From an uncultured Alphaproteobacteria bacterium (GTDB taxonomy: Bacteria > Pseudomonadota > Alphaproteobacteria > Sphingomonadales > Sphingomonadaceae): 64,000 nt of DNA. This document shows positions 10,562 to 20,172 of this stretch, piece after piece. Under the pieces are notes generated by a model that saw only the letters and a list, made by a program, of their open reading frames with translations, made no database searches and was not told the origin of the DNA. How positions within the stretch are numbered: position 1 is the first letter of the stretch; every line of letters starts with the position of its first letter. The stretch spans positions 127,817 through 191,816 of the forward strand of contig CAVZHP010000005.1 in NCBI GenBank assembly GCA_963775115.1, given 5' to 3'. The position numbers and the translations under genes are program-made.

Positions 10562-10940
10562 GATCTGATCCTTTTCTTGCGAACTGCCGGGCAAAGCCCT
10601 TCCGCCGCCCGAATCGCATGCGATCCGGGCCCTGATCCGGCAGCCATGGCGTCGGCCCCGAGATCGGGGCGCAACCTCTCACCGCGCGGAATACGAATAT
10701 TCAGCGCGCATTTGCTGCGACCATCGGTTTCTTGATTGATCCGGATCGACAGGACCCGAATAAGGACCAGTATACGCCGATCAATTGGCGGCGCAATTCT
10801 CTATCGCGTTATTCAATATTCAATCTGCCGCAAATATATTTGCGTTCACCCCTTGGTTAACACATATAAACTCCGACTCATCCCGTAATAGTTAAATTAT
10901 TAGTTAATTTTTGTTTACCACGATCACGCAATACAGAAAG

Positions 10941-11687
10941 TCAGCGTTTCAGAAGAAACACGACATAGCCCTTGAACCGCCGATCCCGCACCAACTCCCG
11001 GTGTGGCCGCCATTCCCCGCCCTCGACCAGTCCGATGCGGTAGGACAAAGGCAGGCGCGCGAGCGAGCCCAGATAGCGTTCGTAACCGGGAATGGTCCTG
11101 CGTCCCTGATAGGTCTGGATCACCGCCTCATCGACGATCCCGCCCAGTTTCGCCAGCGCCGCCGGGTCGCCGTTGGCGCTCCAGTCCATCAGTCCGGTGA
11201 CCGACAGGCGATAGTGAGCAGGCAAGCGGCGGCGGAGGCCGGTCAGAAATGCCGCGTAGCCATCGAGGCCCCGGGTTGCCGCGTCGAAATCGATTTGCAG
11301 CCCGGCAAAGCGGGGATTCGCCACCTGCCAGCGTGCCAGCTCGCGGTCGAGCTGGCGATAGACGCCCTCCTTCCAATCGAGCCGTTCGACGCGCAGGGTC
11401 AGCCAGACTTCGGCATGGTGGACATGCGGCACTGCGGGGCGCAGCGGGACGAAGCGGCTGTTGTCGTCGCCGCGCACTTCTCCTGCAAGGATGTAGATGG
11501 TCTTCGCCTGTTTCAATACGTCGGGCGGGCGCACACCAGGCCACAGGAAAAAGGCATCGAAATTGCGAGGATCGAACGATCCGGTAGGTTCGCTCCCGCA
11601 CGAACCCAGCAGCAATAACGCAGCCGCAAGGCCTGCGCAGCGAAACAACCCGCTCGCTACCAAAAGTATCGCTGCTTCGTGGCCCAC
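10941..11687 (-). CDS. DUF3142 domain protein (probable lipoprotein)
   Basis: GLQIDFDAATRGL..Y..FL..LR, LSVTGLMDW, QTYQGR; LLGSC lipobox-like; GTG start inferred. Confidence 0.75.
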   Translation of the reverse strand: MGHEAAILLVASGLFRCAGLAAALLLLGSCGSEPTGSFDPRNFDAFFLWPGVRPPDVLKQAKTIYILAGEVRGDDNSRFVPLRPAVPHVHHAEVWLTLRVERLDWKEGVYRQLDRELARWQVANPRFAGLQIDFDAATRGLDGYAAFLTGLRRRLPAHYRLSVTGLMDWSANGDPAALAKLGGIVDEAVIQTYQGRRTIPGYERYLGSLARLPLSYRIGLVEGGEWRPHRELVRDRRFKGYVVFLLKR

Positions 11688-13819
11688 TGGCTGCCGGGAT
11701 AGTCGCGCTTGAGCCGCTGGAACCAGGCGCGCCGCTGGGACCGCTCGACGTCGGGGCCGCCGCACGAGTTGGACCCGCTTGGGCCATAACAATTGACCGC
11801 GCGGTAAAGCGCATATGCCTTGTCGCCGGCCGATGCAGTCTGGTCATCCATGATCGCGGCATAGATCGGCCCCCGCATGAGCGGCTTGCCGGGGAAGGCG
11901 TTAAGCGCGCCGCCCAGCTCATCCTTGGGCGGCGAGACCGACTGCCCATCACCCATGTAAAAGTCATTGAGCCGCCAGAAGTCGCCGAGGCACAGGCGTG
12001 CGGGAACGCTTTGCGGATTTGCCGCCAGGGTCCGGGCGGTCTGGACCACGGCAGGGCAAGGATAACCATCGGTCCAGCGCCCCTTGCCGAAACTGGGAAG
12101 TTGTCGGGAGCTATTCCACGCCAGCCCGGCGCCTTCGCCCTCCATGGCCGGAACGGCAATCCTCAGACTGGCAACGAAGCCCGCGTAGTCGCCCCTGCTC
12201 AATTGCTTGTCGAGCAGGGTGAAAAGCGCGACAGTGCGTTCGGCCAAGGGCCGCGACCGGTCCAGCGCCTGGGCGCGAAGCAGGTCGGGGCCGCCGGAAT
12301 TCGCCAGCAGGATCTCGCGGATGCCGCTTTCCGTGACCGGCAAATCCTTGGCAAAGACCGAAGCCAGCTTGCCATGCCGTTCGTAATGCATCGCCAGCGC
12401 CAGTTCCACGGTAGGGCGCTGCCACAGGCCGTTGGCGCCGTTCAGCATTTCGATCCAGAACCCGGCCTCGTTACGGTCGTTCAGCCGTGACAGCGCCATG
12501 CCGCGCAGCATCTGACGGCTGAAGGCAAGCGGCGCATAGGATGGCCGGCGGGCATCGTCGGGGATCAGTTGCAGCACCCGCTTCGGATCGTTGGCGACAT
12601 GAAGAGCGTGACTGGCCTGCAAGAACGCAAAGAGCTCCGGATGCCCAGCGAAAGTAGCCTGCTGCGCCTCCAGCGCCGCTGCGGTGAGCTTCGGCCCGTC
12701 GCCTTCCCCTGAGTCCGGCCGCTCGTCGCGCATGCGGGCAAAGTCTTGCGCGGCCAGCAACCACGGGCCCTGCGCCAATGCATCGCTCTCCTCGCCGTAG
12801 GGGAACAACAGCTTGTTATCGATCTCCTCGACGAGTTCGGAGGCTGCCTCGCCGTCTCCTCTTGCTGCGCCGAACAGCCGGGCATACTCAGTCGCCAAGC
12901 CAGTGCGATCTCCGGCCAGCCACAGCACGCGCCGCCGCAGACCCTGCGCGGACATAGCATAGCGCCCCTGCGGGAAGGCCTTGAGATAGGCGGTCAGCGC
13001 TGCCCCGGCGCGCTGCACAGCGAGCCGGTCTATAGAATCGGTCCCCTGAAAATAGCCGTATTCGTCGAAGGCTTTGACAATGGCGGCGTTCAGATCGACC
13101 CGAGCCAGCATATAGGCAGCGGCCTCCGCCACCCACGGCTCCTTCGCCCGGCCAAGTGAGGCAAAGCCGCTCCGGGCCTCGTCCCAGCGTTCGCTATAGA
13201 AGGCATCGGAAGCCTGGAGATAGGCGAGAAAGGCCTTGCCCGGCGTGCTGCCGATCCCGGACGGCCATTCCGGCAAGGTCGGCAGGGCCGGAGGACGAGA
13301 TCCATCGCTCGAAAAGCGGCCCCGCCTAGCCGCCATCGCCAACTCGACGCCATTCTCGCACACCTTGTCCAGTCGACCCCGCGCCGCCTGGAGCAATTGG
13401 CGCTCTGCGGCAGGCAGGCTGCGACTAGCGGCGAGAGCGGCGAGAAAAGTCGGCGCCCCGGTGACCACGCTGGCGCAGCGCGATCCTGCATAATTCGTCT
13501 CGCTATCCGAGCTTTCTGAAATGAGACTGGCACGCAGCAGGCCCCAGTCCAGGAAAATGTGGCCGTAGCCCTCGTCGTCCCAGCCCTGCTTGGGATAGGC
13601 GAACCCGGTCATGCCCAGCCCGGCGCGATCGCGCAGCAAGAACAGCATGTTGACCCGGGTGTCGTTTCCCGGCGCCAGCATCGCCCGGCTGGCGCATTCG
13701 CGCCCCTTGGCGAAGAGTTTCCAGCGGGCGTAGCAGCCCCCGTCGCCGCTGGCCCAGGCTGCACCCGATAGCGCCCAAAGACCAAGCGCCGATGCCGCCA
13801 TCATGAGTTTTCGTGCCAT
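11657..13819 (-). CDS. Large exported helical-repeat protein, partner of DUF3142
   Basis: Signal peptide, Cys-containing N- and C-termini, C-terminal YALYRAVNCY..SG.N.CGG..V..SQR.AWF..LK..YP.S.WA. Confidence 0.65.
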   Translation of the reverse strand: MARKLMMAASALGLWALSGAAWASGDGGCYARWKLFAKGRECASRAMLAPGNDTRVNMLFLLRDRAGLGMTGFAYPKQGWDDEGYGHIFLDWGLLRASLISESSDSETNYAGSRCASVVTGAPTFLAALAASRSLPAAERQLLQAARGRLDKVCENGVELAMAARRGRFSSDGSRPPALPTLPEWPSGIGSTPGKAFLAYLQASDAFYSERWDEARSGFASLGRAKEPWVAEAAAYMLARVDLNAAIVKAFDEYGYFQGTDSIDRLAVQRAGAALTAYLKAFPQGRYAMSAQGLRRRVLWLAGDRTGLATEYARLFGAARGDGEAASELVEEIDNKLLFPYGEESDALAQGPWLLAAQDFARMRDERPDSGEGDGPKLTAAALEAQQATFAGHPELFAFLQASHALHVANDPKRVLQLIPDDARRPSYAPLAFSRQMLRGMALSRLNDRNEAGFWIEMLNGANGLWQRPTVELALAMHYERHGKLASVFAKDLPVTESGIREILLANSGGPDLLRAQALDRSRPLAERTVALFTLLDKQLSRGDYAGFVASLRIAVPAMEGEGAGLAWNSSRQLPSFGKGRWTDGYPCPAVVQTARTLAANPQSVPARLCLGDFWRLNDFYMGDGQSVSPPKDELGGALNAFPGKPLMRGPIYAAIMDDQTASAGDKAYALYRAVNCYGPSGSNSCGGPDVERSQRRAWFQRLKRDYPGSQWATKQRYFW

Positions 13820-13877
13820 TGCCGTCCCCAATTGCAAGGTGCGTGAAGAGTTCCACATCCAGCCGAGTCCCGACAAG

Positions 13878-13910
13878 CAAAAAGGGGGCCGCCAATGGCA
13901 GCCCCCTTTG
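13878..13910 (-). terminator. Intrinsic terminator after pnp
   Basis: Hairpin AAAGGGGGCCGCC-AAT-GGCAGCCCCCTTT with an A-run that reads as a U-tract on the minus strand. Confidence 0.75.
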
Positions 13911-13934
13911 TAGTTTCGCACCTGTGACGAGACG

Positions 13935-16271
13935 TCAGTCGTCGCCCTTGAGGAATGCGGGAATGTGGTCGGGGTTGCCGCCTTCCGAACGCTCAGGACG
14001 GGGACCGCGATCACGATCGCCACCCTCTCTACGGGGTCCACGGTCGCCGCCGCCACCTTCACGGCGCGGACCCCGGTCACGGTCGCCGCCGCGCGGACGG
14101 CGGTCGCCCCGGTCGCCGCCCGGACGATCACCGCCCGGACGATCGCCACGTGGTTCGCGAGGCGGACGGGAGTCTTCCAGCTCTGCGCCGGTTTCCTGGT
14201 CGACCAGCCGCATCGACAGGCGCACCTTGCCGCGCTGGTCGATTTCGAGCACTTTCACCTTCACTTCCATGCCTTCGGAAACGACGTCGCCCGGGCGCTC
14301 GACCCGCTCGTTCTTCATTTCGGAAACGTGGACCAGGCCGTCCTTGCCGCCCATGAAGTTCACGAAAGCGCCAAAGTCGACGATGTTGACGACCTTGCCG
14401 TTGTAAACCTTGCCGACTTCGGCTTCCTCGACAATGCCGAGGATCCAGGCCCGCGCAGCTTCGATCTGCGCCGGGTCGGAGCTCGACAGCTTGATCAGGC
14501 CCTCGTCGTCGATATCGACCTTGGCGCCGGTTTCGGCGACGATTTCTCGGATAACCTTGCCGCCGGTGCCGATGACTTCACGGATCTTCGCCTTGTCGAT
14601 CTGCATGGTCTCGATACGCGGGGCGTAGTCGGACAGCTCGGTGCGGGCAGAACCCAGCGCCTTGGTCATCTCGCCCAGGATATGCGCCCGGCCTTCCTTG
14701 GCCTGATGCAGAGCGGCCTCGAAGATCTCGCGGGTGATGCCCGCCACCTTGATGTCCATCTGCATCGTCGTGATGCCTTCGGAAGTGCCGGCCACCTTGA
14801 AGTCCATATCGCCGAGGTGATCTTCATCACCCAGGATGTCGGACAGCACGGTGAAATCCTTGCCTTCCAGGATCAGGCCCATCGCTATGCCCGAAACCGG
14901 ACGCGTTATCGGCACGCCCGCATCCATCATCGACAGCGATCCGCCGCAGACTGTGGCCATCGAGCTGGAGCCGTTGGACTCGGTAATGTCCGAGACCACG
15001 CGGACCGTGTAGGGGAAATCTTCCTTGGTCGGCAGCACCGCGCGCAGCGCACGCCATGCCAGCTTGCCATGTCCCGTGTCGCGGCGCGAGGGAGCCCCGA
15101 AACGGCCAACTTCGCCCACCGAATAGGGCGGGAAGTTATAGTGCAGCATGAAGTTCGAATAGGTCAGCCCTTCGAGCCCGTCGATCATCTGCTCCGATTC
15201 ACGCGTTCCCAGCGTGGTGGTGCAGATCGCCTGCGTCTCGCCGCGCGTGAACAGCGACGAACCATGGGTGCGCGGCAGGAAGCCGACCATCGCTTCGATG
15301 GGCCGAACCTGCGTATTGGTGCGACCGTCGATGCGCTTCTCGCCCTTTATGATCGCGCCGCGAACGATGTCGGCCTCGACCTTCTTGACCGACTTGATCG
15401 CGGCCATCTGGGTCTGGCCATCTTCACCGGCGAAGGCTTCCTTGGCCTTGGCACGCGCGGCGTTCAGCGCGTTGGAGCGCTCGGACTTGTCGGTCAGCTT
15501 GTAGGCGGAGGCAATATCCTTGCCGATCAGCTTCTTGAGCTGATCCTTGATCGCCGTATTGTCGCTGACGGCAACGTCCCAGGGATCCTTGGCGGCCTTT
15601 TCGGCGAGATCGATGATCAGATTGACCACCTTCTTGATCTCGTCATGCGCGAAAATCACCGCGCCAAGCATGATTTCCTCGGAAAGCTCCTTGGCTTCCA
15701 ATTCGACCATCATCACCGCATTGCCAGTGGCGGCAACAACCAGGTCGAGCGCGCCATTGGCGGCTTCTTCCTGCTTGGGGTTGAGCGTGTATTCGCCATC
15801 GACATAACCGACGCGCGCGGCGCCGATCGGGCCCATGAACGGCAGGCCCGAGATGGTCAGCGCAGCCGAAGCGGCGATCATCGCCAGAACGTCGGGCTCG
15901 ATCTCGCCGTCATAGCTCAGCACGTGAGCGATGACATTGATCTCGTTGTAGAAGCCTTCTGGGAACAGCGGGCGGACCGGACGATCGATCAGGCGGGAGA
16001 CCAGCGTCTCCTTTTCCGTCGCGCCGCGCTCGCGCTTGAAGAAGCCGCCCGGGATGCGCCCGGCGGCGAAGAATTTTTCCTGGTAGTGGACGGTGAGCGG
16101 GAAGAAATCCTGCCCTTCCTTGACGCTCTTGGCGGCAGTCACCGCGCAGAGCACAACAGTCTCGCCCAGTGTGGCGAGGACCGCGCCGTCAGCCTGACGG
16201 GCAATGCGGCCGGTTTCCAGCGTGAGGGTCTTTCCGCCCCACTCCATGGATACGGTTTTAACGTCGAACAT
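13935..16271 (-). CDS. pnp: Polyribonucleotide nucleotidyltransferase
   Basis: [33 protein letters not shown] and S1 domains. Confidence 0.98.
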   Translation of the reverse strand: MFDVKTVSMEWGGKTLTLETGRIARQADGAVLATLGETVVLCAVTAAKSVKEGQDFFPLTVHYQEKFFAAGRIPGGFFKRERGATEKETLVSRLIDRPVRPLFPEGFYNEINVIAHVLSYDGEIEPDVLAMIAASAALTISGLPFMGPIGAARVGYVDGEYTLNPKQEEAANGALDLVVAATGNAVMMVELEAKELSEEIMLGAVIFAHDEIKKVVNLIIDLAEKAAKDPWDVAVSDNTAIKDQLKKLIGKDIASAYKLTDKSERSNALNAARAKAKEAFAGEDGQTQMAAIKSVKKVEADIVRGAIIKGEKRIDGRTNTQVRPIEAMVGFLPRTHGSSLFTRGETQAICTTTLGTRESEQMIDGLEGLTYSNFMLHYNFPPYSVGEVGRFGAPSRRDTGHGKLAWRALRAVLPTKEDFPYTVRVVSDITESNGSSSMATVCGGSLSMMDAGVPITRPVSGIAMGLILEGKDFTVLSDILGDEDHLGDMDFKVAGTSEGITTMQMDIKVAGITREIFEAALHQAKEGRAHILGEMTKALGSARTELSDYAPRIETMQIDKAKIREVIGTGGKVIREIVAETGAKVDIDDEGLIKLSSSDPAQIEAARAWILGIVEEAEVGKVYNGKVVNIVDFGAFVNFMGGKDGLVHVSEMKNERVERPGDVVSEGMEVKVKVLEIDQRGKVRLSMRLVDQETGAELEDSRPPREPRGDRPGGDRPGGDRGDRRPRGGDRDRGPRREGGGGDRGPRREGGDRDRGPRPERSEGGNPDHIPAFLKGDD

Positions 16272-16417
16272 GTATATTTCCTCAGTCCCGCAGGGCCAGA
16301 TTGCCCAAAAAATTCTGTGCGGGGTTAGCTGCCGGGTGTTCCGTCCCGGTCCGGTGCGGGGCTATTTTTGCCCCAATGGCTAGGGATGCCGAAATGCGAT
16401 CCCATCGCCCCAATGCG

Positions 16418-16450
16418 AAAAAGCGGCCCGCCTTTATGGCGGGCCGCTTT
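16418..16450 (-). terminator. Intrinsic terminator after rpsO
   Basis: 13-bp perfect stem AAAGCGGCCCGCC / GGCGGGCCGCTTT, 5-nt loop, U-tract on the minus strand. Confidence 0.8.
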
Positions 16451-16457
16451 CGCGAAA

Positions 16458-16727
16458 TTATTTCCGAAGTCCGAGCTTGGCGATCAGCGCATTGTAACGC
16501 GCGACATCGCGGCTCTTGAGATAATCCAGCAGCGAGCGCCGCTTGTTGACCATGGTCAGCAGCCCGCGCCGCGAATGGTTGTCCTTGGCGTGCTGCTTGA
16601 AGTGACCCTGCAGCGTGTTGATACGGCTGGTCAGGATCGCGACCTGAACTTCCGGCGAACCTGTATCGCCCTTGCCGCGGCCGTTATCGGCAATGATTTC
16701 CTGCTTCTTCTCGGCTGTTACCGACAT
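16458..16727 (-). CDS. rpsO: 30S ribosomal protein S15
   Basis: [25 protein letters not shown]. Confidence 0.98.
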   Translation of the reverse strand: MSVTAEKKQEIIADNGRGKGDTGSPEVQVAILTSRINTLQGHFKQHAKDNHSRRGLLTMVNKRRSLLDYLKSRDVARYNALIAKLGLRK

Positions 16728-16732
16728 GTATT

Positions 16733-17770
16733 CTACTCCGCGACATCGGGAAGGTTGAATCCCCTGACCACCCGGGCGTCACCGCCCGAAAGCTCGACGA
16801 GTGCGAGAGGAACATGCCCGCTTCGCGCCCAATATAGCCCGTCGTGTTGGGGCAGCCCGGTCAGAACCCGGCCCTGGCGGACCATGCTTGCCTGTTCCGG
16901 ACCGAGGTCTAGAGCCGGGATGTCGTCCAGCCCTGCCTCCAGCGGCAAGATTACGTTCTCAAGCGCCGCGCCCTTGCCGATATCGTTCAATTTGTCCAGC
17001 GAAATCGCGTGAGCAAGATCGAACGGCCCTGCCCGCGTGCGGCGCAGCATGGTGACATGGCCGACGGTGCCCAGCGCGCGGGCAATGTCGCGGGCGAGAG
17101 AGCGAATGTAGGTGCCTTTGGAGACGTGAGCGTGGAGGGTGATATCATCAACCAAATCTACTTCGTCACCCTGAACTTGTTTCAGGGCCCATTTCTCATC
17201 TACCACCGAAGCGCTGTTTGGCAGCGCAACTGCCCCGCTTTCGTTTCTATCGATCGACAGTGCCTGACGCACGATGGGTCCTGAAACAAGTTCAGGATGA
17301 CGAAGTGAAAGAGAGAAAACCGTCACCCCCCGCGCCTTCAGCTCCACCTCTTCCCCTGCCCGCGCGCGATCATAGGCCCGCTCCCCATCGACCATCAGCG
17401 CGGAAAAGGCTGGCGGCACCTGCTCGATCGCACCGGTGAAGCGCGGTAGCACCGCTTCGACCTCCGCCACCATCGGACGGTGATCGCTTTGCGCCGCCAC
17501 CTTCCCCTCAAGGTCCAGCGTATCGGTCTCAGCCCCGAACTTCACCGTGAAGGCATATTCCTTGCTCGCATCGAGCATCCGTCCGGCCAGCTTGGTCGCC
17601 TCGCCGAGAGCAATCGGGAGAACCCCGGTGGCAAGCGGATCGAGCGTGCCGCCGTGGCCGACCTTGACCTTGCCGTATCCCGCCTCGCGCAAATTGCGCT
17701 TGACCGCGCCGACAGCCTGGGTCGAGCCTAGGCCGAGCGGTTTGTCGAGGATGATCCAGCCGTGCGGCAT
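16733..17770 (-). CDS. truB: tRNA pseudouridine(55) synthase with an in-frame palindromic insertion
   Basis: [34 protein letters not shown]. Confidence 0.95.
   Translation of the reverse strand: MPHGWIILDKPLGLGSTQAVGAVKRNLREAGYGKVKVGHGGTLDPLATGVLPIALGEATKLAGRMLDASKEYAFTVKFGAETDTLDLEGKVAAQSDHRPMVAEVEAVLPRFTGAIEQVPPAFSALMVDGERAYDRARAGEEVELKARGVTVFSLSLRHPELVSGPIVRQALSIDRNESGAVALPNSASVVDEKWALKQVQGDEVDLVDDITLHAHVSKGTYIRSLARDIARALGTVGHVTMLRRTRAGPFDLAHAISLDKLNDIGKGAALENVILPLEAGLDDIPALDLGPEQASMVRQGRVLTGLPQHDGLYWARSGHVPLALVELSGGDARVVRGFNLPDVAE
17161..17305. repeat. RPE/REP-like palindromic element inside truB
   Basis: 32-bp terminal inverted repeats (17161-17192 and 17274-17305, 2 mismatches), each with an internal CCTGAA...TTCAGG dyad; translated [10 protein letters not shown]...[10 protein letters not shown]. 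Confidence 0.85.
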
Positions 17771-17783
17771 TTGGCAAACAGGG

Positions 17784-18455
17784 TCAGGCAAGGCCGACAA
17801 ATTGCAGAATATTTGTATAAATCCAGGCGAATGGGGGCACGACCAGCCGTCTGATAATGTCGAACTGCGGGCCAAGCTGCGGCAGCACCACCAGCATCGC
17901 GATCATGATCATCAGCGCATAGCGGTCCAACTCCTGAAACCGTTCGCGCAGTCCGTCCGGCAGGAAGCCCGCCAGGACGCGCGAACCGTCGAATGGCGGA
18001 ACCGGGATCATGTTGAACACCGCGAGAAACAGGTTGATCTGGATGAAGTTGATCAGGTTGAGCCCGAGAAATGCCAGCGGCGCACTGCCCTGCACCTGGG
18101 GTAGCAGCAGCTTTGCCAGGAAAGCAGCGAGCAATGCCAGGACGATGTTGGTGCCCGGCCCGGCCAGAGCCACCAGCACCATATGCCAGCGCGGATTGCG
18201 CAGCCGCATGTAGTTGACCGGCACCGGCTTGGCCCAGCCGAACACCGGCGCGCCGATCAGCTTGAGCATGCCCGGCAAGATGATCGTGCCGAACAGATCG
18301 ACGTGGCGCAGCGGATTGAGGCTCAGCCGCCCCAGTTGCGCTGCCGTGGGGTCGCCCAGTGCCCGCGCGGTCCAGCCATGGGCGACTTCATGGAAGACGA
18401 TAGCAAGGATCAGCGGGACGATAAGCGCAGCGGCCTCAAGCAGAGTCTCGTTCAT
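17784..18455 (-). CDS. Site-2 protease family (M50) membrane metalloprotease
   Basis: HEVAH, NPLRHVD, GWAKPVPVN, ALAGP, NMIPVPPFDG. Confidence 0.9.
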   Translation of the reverse strand: MNETLLEAAALIVPLILAIVFHEVAHGWTARALGDPTAAQLGRLSLNPLRHVDLFGTIILPGMLKLIGAPVFGWAKPVPVNYMRLRNPRWHMVLVALAGPGTNIVLALLAAFLAKLLLPQVQGSAPLAFLGLNLINFIQINLFLAVFNMIPVPPFDGSRVLAGFLPDGLRERFQELDRYALMIMIAMLVVLPQLGPQFDIIRRLVVPPFAWIYTNILQFVGLA

Positions 18456-19193
18456 CCGGCTACTGCTTCCGCCAGCAAGATCTCCGCCAGACCCTGCGGA
18501 CGGGTATTCATCGCCTGATGCCCTGCGTCGAGCCGCACGATGCGGTCCGCCAGGAAGCGAGCGGCAAACTGTTCCTGCCAGGGCGGCGGCAGGCTCATGT
18601 CCTTCAGGCACAGAATGAAAGTGGAAGGGATCGCGGCAAGGTGGTCGTAGTGCCACTCACGCTGGCTGTAGGTGCTCATGGGCCACATGTCGCTGCCAAG
18701 CTTCGCCACGAAGGCATTGGCGTCGGCATCGCTCATATCGTTGCAGAACATCGCGAGAAAACGCTGTGCGATGGTATGGGTGGAGGGATCGACCGGCCAG
18801 CCGACTTCGGTCTCGCTCTGCCCGTGCAGGCCCTCGCCCATCAGCTCGGTGGAAGTGCGGCCCGGATCGGGCGAAGTGCAGGTCAGGTAGATCAGCCTGG
18901 CGAAACAGGCCGGGGCGATGCTTGATCATTTGCGGCAAGGTGCTGCCAGCCTGCGAATGGCCGACCAGCACGACATCGCGCATCCCCGCCGCCTCGATAT
19001 CGGCGACGAGTTCGGGCGCGATCTCGTCGAAAGCGATGGTGCCGGTATCGCGACCCCGCTTCGTCCCGCAGCCCGGCACATCGAGCGCAAGATAGCGGTT
19101 CGCACCGCCAGATTGCTGTTTCAGCGCAGCAATCGTTTCTTCCCAAACCCAGCTGCCCTGCCCGCCGCCGTGGAGGAATGCGAAGTCAGTCAT
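18452..19193 (-). pseudogene. Alpha/beta hydrolase split by a +1 frameshift near 18895-18905 (or sequencing error)
   Basis: HGGGQGSW and GHSQAG in one frame; the continuation LIYLTCTSP...LDAGHQAM is in the adjacent frame. Confidence 0.75.
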
Positions 19194-19590
19194 CGTGTTG
19201 CTCCCCCAAGTCGCGCGCTACTTTGGGATCGGCGAGCAGTGCATCGATCTTGCCTGCTACATCGAAGCTCTCATCGGCGACGAATTTCAGCTTCGGGGCA
19301 TATTTGAGCTTAAGCCGTCCGGCCACTTCGCGCTGGAACCAGGCGGTGTTGGTGCGCAGCGCCTTGAGCACTTCGTCCTCGTCCGCGCCCAGTAGCGATT
19401 TCACGAATACATGCGCGTGTCGCAGATCGGGCGACATGCGTGCTTCGGTGACCGAGACCGAATGCGCCGCCAGCACATCGTCGTGCACCTCGCCGCGCGT
19501 CAGCAGTTCGGACAGGATATGGCGCACCTGTTCGCCCACCTTGAGGAGACGGACCGAGCGGGTCTCGGGGGTTGCGGGAGTGCGGGCCAT
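19186..19590 (-). CDS. rbfA: Ribosome-binding factor A
   Basis: [25 protein letters not shown]. Confidence 0.95.
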   Translation of the reverse strand: MARTPATPETRSVRLLKVGEQVRHILSELLTRGEVHDDVLAAHSVSVTEARMSPDLRHAHVFVKSLLGADEDEVLKALRTNTAWFQREVAGRLKLKYAPKLKFVADESFDVAGKIDALLADPKVARDLGEQHDD

Positions 19591-19595
19591 TATCG

Positions 19596-20132
19596 TCAAA
19601 TCTCGTCCATCTTGGCCAGTATCCGCTTCATCGACCGCAGATTCCGCGCCGTTCCCTTGCGGCCCAGCCGCCGTTCGATGAAGGAACCGACCAGCTTGCT
19701 CTCGCCTGCTCCGGCGACATAGTCGATATGGAGCGCGCGGTCACCAGCGGCAAGGCGTTCGGGCCCAGTGCGGTCGGCCTCGAGGCGAGCGAAGCCGGCG
19801 GGATCGACCGGCCCATCGAGAAACAGCGTGTGGACGAAATTCTCCTGCCCATCTGCGGCAAAGGGGTTCTCCATAATCGCGGCGGCCAGCGCATCGCGCG
19901 AACGCACCAGCGCCACACTGCTGAAACCGAAGCGCTCACGCATCATCAGGGCAAGCTTTTCCTCCAGCCCTTCGTCGGGGCGCTCGGGATGATCGAACAG
20001 CACATTGCCGCTGGCGACGACGGTTTCGACATTGGCAAAACCCTCCGCTTCGAAGGCCGAACGCAGCTCCGCCATGGTCAGCCGGTTACCGCCAACATTT
20101 ACGGAGCCGAACAGGGCGAGGTAGCGGGGCAT
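19596..20132 (-). CDS. DUF1697 family protein
   Basis: [27 protein letters not shown]. Confidence 0.85.
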   Translation of the reverse strand: MPRYLALFGSVNVGGNRLTMAELRSAFEAEGFANVETVVASGNVLFDHPERPDEGLEEKLALMMRERFGFSSVALVRSRDALAAAIMENPFAADGQENFVHTLFLDGPVDPAGFARLEADRTGPERLAAGDRALHIDYVAGAGESKLVGSFIERRLGRKGTARNLRSMKRILAKMDEI

Positions 20133-20172
20133 GGCCTGGCTCCATACTCCCGATTGCGGGACGCGTTGAACC

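Noticed and set aside
10736-10749. FNR/FixK-like box TTGAT-CCGG-ATCGA upstream of the protease gene
   Set aside because: One mismatch and a single instance; cannot be distinguished from chance without TSS data.
13935-14160. Arg/Gly/Asp-rich repeats (GDRPGGDR...) at the PNPase C-terminus
   Set aside because: A low-complexity tail of this kind is common in alphaproteobacterial PNPase; not novel.
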